Assembly: GCF_009834535.1 (NCBI RefSeq)
Contig: NC_045697.1
Location: 44,084,001 to 44,148,000 of the forward strand
Direction of reading: 5' to 3'
Source of the DNA: Camelus ferus
Lineage: Eukaryota
Length of the DNA: 64,000 bases
The translations under genes were made by a program, and so were the position numbers. This document shows, in pieces, positions 60,734 to 64,000 of this stretch. The notes below the pieces were generated by a model. The model ran no database searches, was not told where the DNA came from, and saw only the letters and a list, made by a program, of their open reading frames with translations. Each line of letters opens with the position of its first letter. The stretch's first letter is position 1.

Positions 60734-60895
60734 GTGTTATATGAACTTCCCACCAACACACAGTGGTGCTTTGATATCCAGTGGTGTCCCAGAAATCCTG
60801 CTGTCTTATCGGCTGCTTCCTTTGACGGCCGTATCAGCGTTTATTCTATCATGGGAGGGAGCACAGATGGTTTAAGGCAGAAACAAGTTGACAAG
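60734..60895 (+). CDS. SEC31A: SEC31A coding exon 8 (WD40)
   Basis: VLYELPTNTQWCFDIQWCPRNPAVLSAASFDGRISVYSIMGGSTDGLRQKQVDK; donor gtaata; 162 nt. Confidence 0.96.
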
Positions 60896-61093
60896 GTAAT
60901 AGGAAGTGTTAAAGTTTTTTATTATAATGCTTGAAAAAAATCATCTTAACTGTAATTATTTTGAAAGTGACTTTCCTGATCAACAATACCGATTAATTGG
61001 ATAATTATAACAAAAAATTTCTTGGCAATCACTTGAAAACATGTAATATAGTCTTGTATAATTTACAAAATCTCTCTCTTTTTTTTTTTTTAG

Positions 61094-61246
61094 CTTTCAT
61101 CATCTTTTGGGAATCTTGATCCCTTTGGCACAGGACAGCCCCTTCCCCCGCTACAAATTCCTCAGCAGACTGCTCAGCATAGTATAGTATTGCCTCTGAA
61201 GAAGCCACCCAAGTGGATCCGAAGGCCTGTTGGTGCTTCCTTTTCA
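61094..61246 (+). CDS. SEC31A: SEC31A coding exon 9
   Basis: [51 protein letters not shown]; donor gtaggt; 153 nt. Confidence 0.96.
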
Positions 61247-62544
61247 GTAGGTGGATTTGTTTTTACGGCCCATAAACACAAAGGTCTTATAATAAAGTGT
61301 TATTATAGGATCCCTCAGATAGAAGACTGAGTTTGAGATGTGTTTGTGGGTTTTCATCATTCAGTAGGGTTTCTGAGGAAAAATGGAAACTACTCCCTTT
61401 TTTCCTTTTTTAAAAAAATTTTGGTAAAATATACATAACACAAAATTTACCATTTTAACCATTTTGAAATATACAATTCAGTGGTATTGGGTACATTCAC
61501 TTTGTTGTGCTACCTTTGCACCATTCCCCCCTCTACCTTATTAGGTTTGTCTTCCTTCTCTCTGTCTCCTTCTTTGATTCCTTCATTTTTTTCTAGAGGG
61601 GCCTACATTCTAGTTTGTTAGAAGGTCCACTGTGGTTGCACATCTGAACTAGAGCCTCCAGTCTAGCAGCACTTATGACAGCACTAAAACTTGATATTTT
61701 GATGCTGCATCTCTTGTACTTGGTTCCAAACTTATAAGAGGGAGAAAGGAATGTTATTTATTGTCTTTATAATACTTTAGTGCTGGCCAGTGGACATGCA
61801 CTTTTCATTCCAAAGATATATAGTGAACATCTTCTGTTTGTCAAGTGCCATTCTAGGCCCAGAAAACATACCTGTGAACTAGATAGTCTGTGTCCTCAAG
61901 TAGCTTATATTAGGGGGCAGGTTTTTCTGTATGGTTTGATTTTCTTTTAAACCTTGTACATACATAATTTTATAATAATAAATGTTTTAATTGCTTAGGG
62001 AAGGAAAGAACTAACTAGATGGATGGTTAGGATTCAGTAAGTTAAGTGGGAAGTCACAAACAAAAGCAAAGATTCAAAGGCAGGAGAGCAGATAGTAGAG
62101 AAGATCAGACAAGAGGAATGAGAGATTAATTAAATCCAAAGGACGGATTTACAAGTGACATAATCAAAGGTCTGTTATCTGGGAAGATTAATCTGTAGCA
62201 TATTGTAAGGATTGGAGGAGAAAAGATGAACAATAGGCCTGCAATCATACAGCAGTTCAGTGTGAAAAGAAGAGTTCGGCAGAGTAATGGCACTGTAAAA
62301 GGAAGAAATAAATCCAGGGAATTTAAGAAAAGATCAGTACCTAGACCTGAGGAATGAATACTAGAGGCCAGAGGCAGAGTTCTGAGCCTGCTTAATAGGA
62401 GGAGAGCAAACCTCCTATTTGGGAGCCCTGTAGAGAAATGAAGCTCCAAACCAGTGGCAAGACCTGAGTGCTTATATACTAGTTTGAACAAAGAATGGCA
62501 GTTGTGGAAAAGTAACTAAAATATGTAGGGAGACTGGAGAGAAA

Positions 62545-62785
62545 TAATTTTTATTTAACAAGGTTTGTTTGTACAGATTTTTCCTGGTCTGCACTCCCAT
62601 CTCTGGTGAAAAAAATGTTTCTTTCCTCCCAGTGGAGGGAGAGCAGCTCTCATAGGGGAGTTTCATCTCCTTTCAGAAAGAGGTCAGATGTCTTTCTTGC
62701 TCCTACTGTCTTTTGGTATTCTTTAGCTCAAAATAATTCTTATGACAAATGGCATATTTTGGAGTGGCATATTCTACTACCTTTT
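62545..62785. mobile_element. ERV1 LTR fragment (MER41-like end)
   Basis: ctttagctcaaaataattcttatgacaaatggcatattttggagtggcatattct resembles MER41-family LTR ends. Confidence 0.55.
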
Positions 62786-63184
62786 AAAACTTAGAGCCTA
62801 GACTAGAAGGTGAGGCAAATACGTATAGCTAGTAGTTGAATCAAAAGAGTTACCTGTGTATGTAGTATATACCGAGGGCATTCCGGATAGCACAGGTGAC
62901 ATTTGCCCGGGCCTTGAAGAGAAGTTGTGTTGCGTATGTGGAAGTTAGTAACAACAAATAGGTGAGAAACTGGGGCCACAGTAACTAGGACATTTTATGT
63001 AGAAGGTGGGTGGTGTGAAGAGGAATAATTGATAGCTGGGGTCACACTGGAGTACGGGAGGGCGTATCAGCGAATTGCATCGTGTTTAGGCCACAGTACT
63101 TTCCTTTCGCGGGTTTGCAGTAAGCATGTTTTGGGGCTGCATCCTCGTGGTTTGAGCTGATGTAGTTTATTTGTTCTGTTCTAG

Positions 63185-63421
63185 TTCGGAGGCAAACTGG
63201 TTACTTTTGCAAATGTCAGACCACAGCCTCAGCAGGGGGTCGAGCCGCAGGCGCTGCAGAACCACGTGTTCATTAGTCAGGTGGTGACTGAGAAGGAATT
63301 CCTCCGCCGCTCCGACCAGCTCCAGCAGGTCGTGCAGTCGCAAGGATTCGTCAGTTACTGTCAGAAAAAGATCGATGCTTCTCAGACTGAGTTTGAAAAA
63401 AACGTGTGGTCCTTTTTGAAG
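63185..63421 (+). CDS. SEC31A: SEC31A coding exon 10; the gene continues beyond the window
   Basis: FGGKLVTFANVRPQPQQGVEPQALQNHVFISQVVTEKEFLRRSDQLQQVVQSQGFVSYCQKKIDASQTEFEKNVWSFLK; donor gtaaag; 237 nt; cumulative CDS 1434 nt, in frame. Confidence 0.96.
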
Positions 63422-64000
63422 GTAAAGTCGGTATTAAACCATTTTATTTCATTATCTGCACATTCAGCTACTCCCATCATACTCTAAATCTGTCTTCCTG
63501 TCAAAGAAACAGTGGGAAGCATGGGATTTCCGGGATCTCATGATGGAATTAAAGAAACCTTATGAAGAGCACATGAGCTAACACTTTATGTCAAGAGTTC
63601 TTCTTAGCTTTGAAAAGCCTAATATGAAAAACTTTTTTAAAAAGCAAAAAATGGTATAATAAATGTTTTAAAGTGAGAGAGACATAACATTCAGCAGACC
63701 TATTTTAAAATTAGAACATAGAGCTTAGTATAATGAATACAATAGAGTATGTAATTTTTGAAGTAGATCTGGTTAGGGAAAATGGTAAAAGAGGGAAAAT
63801 GTGTAGGGGTGAGAGGTTGTAGGCATTTCTCATCCTTTTTACTGAGTTGCATTTATGACAGAATAACAAATAGAATTTTCTGTTTGGTCATTTTACTTCC
63901 CCTAGAATGTCTGTTTCTCAATTCTGAATTTTCCAAAAAGTAAATACAGTAAGGTTAAATTTATTTTTATATTTGGTGAGTAAGTATTAGTTTTAAAAAA

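Overview
Mammalian genomic DNA, AT-rich and repeat-rich; four tRNA-derived SINEs resemble the camelid type, so probably camel or alpaca. It carries the syntenic block LIN54 (last two coding exons and 3'UTR, +), THAP9 (complete five-exon domesticated P-element transposase, 906 aa, -), a multi-exon THAP9-AS1-like transcript (+) from a shared bidirectional CpG island, and SEC31A (first exon plus ten coding exons, +, running off the window). All coding exons were checked by hand for GT-AG ends and phase. The main results from reading the sequence: (1) two paralogous intronic C/D snoRNAs (probably SNORD143/144 orthologues) share a 14-nt guide to 28S rRNA, have compensatory non-canonical boxes (RUGAUUA/AUGA) in all four K-turn motifs, and each lies about 80 nt before a 3' splice site; (2) the predicted host exons splice into an uninterrupted 80-codon ORF; (3) an AUG in SEC31A exon 1 gives either a uORF ending on the main start (AUGA) or an in-frame alternative N-terminus if exon 2 is skipped; (4) the THAP9 C-terminus is apparently frameshifted; (5) LIN54 3'UTR has a perfect 59-bp tandem duplication; (6) two local CpG-rich patches suggest GC-biased gene conversion. 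Gene, repeat and rRNA identities come from recall, not database searches.
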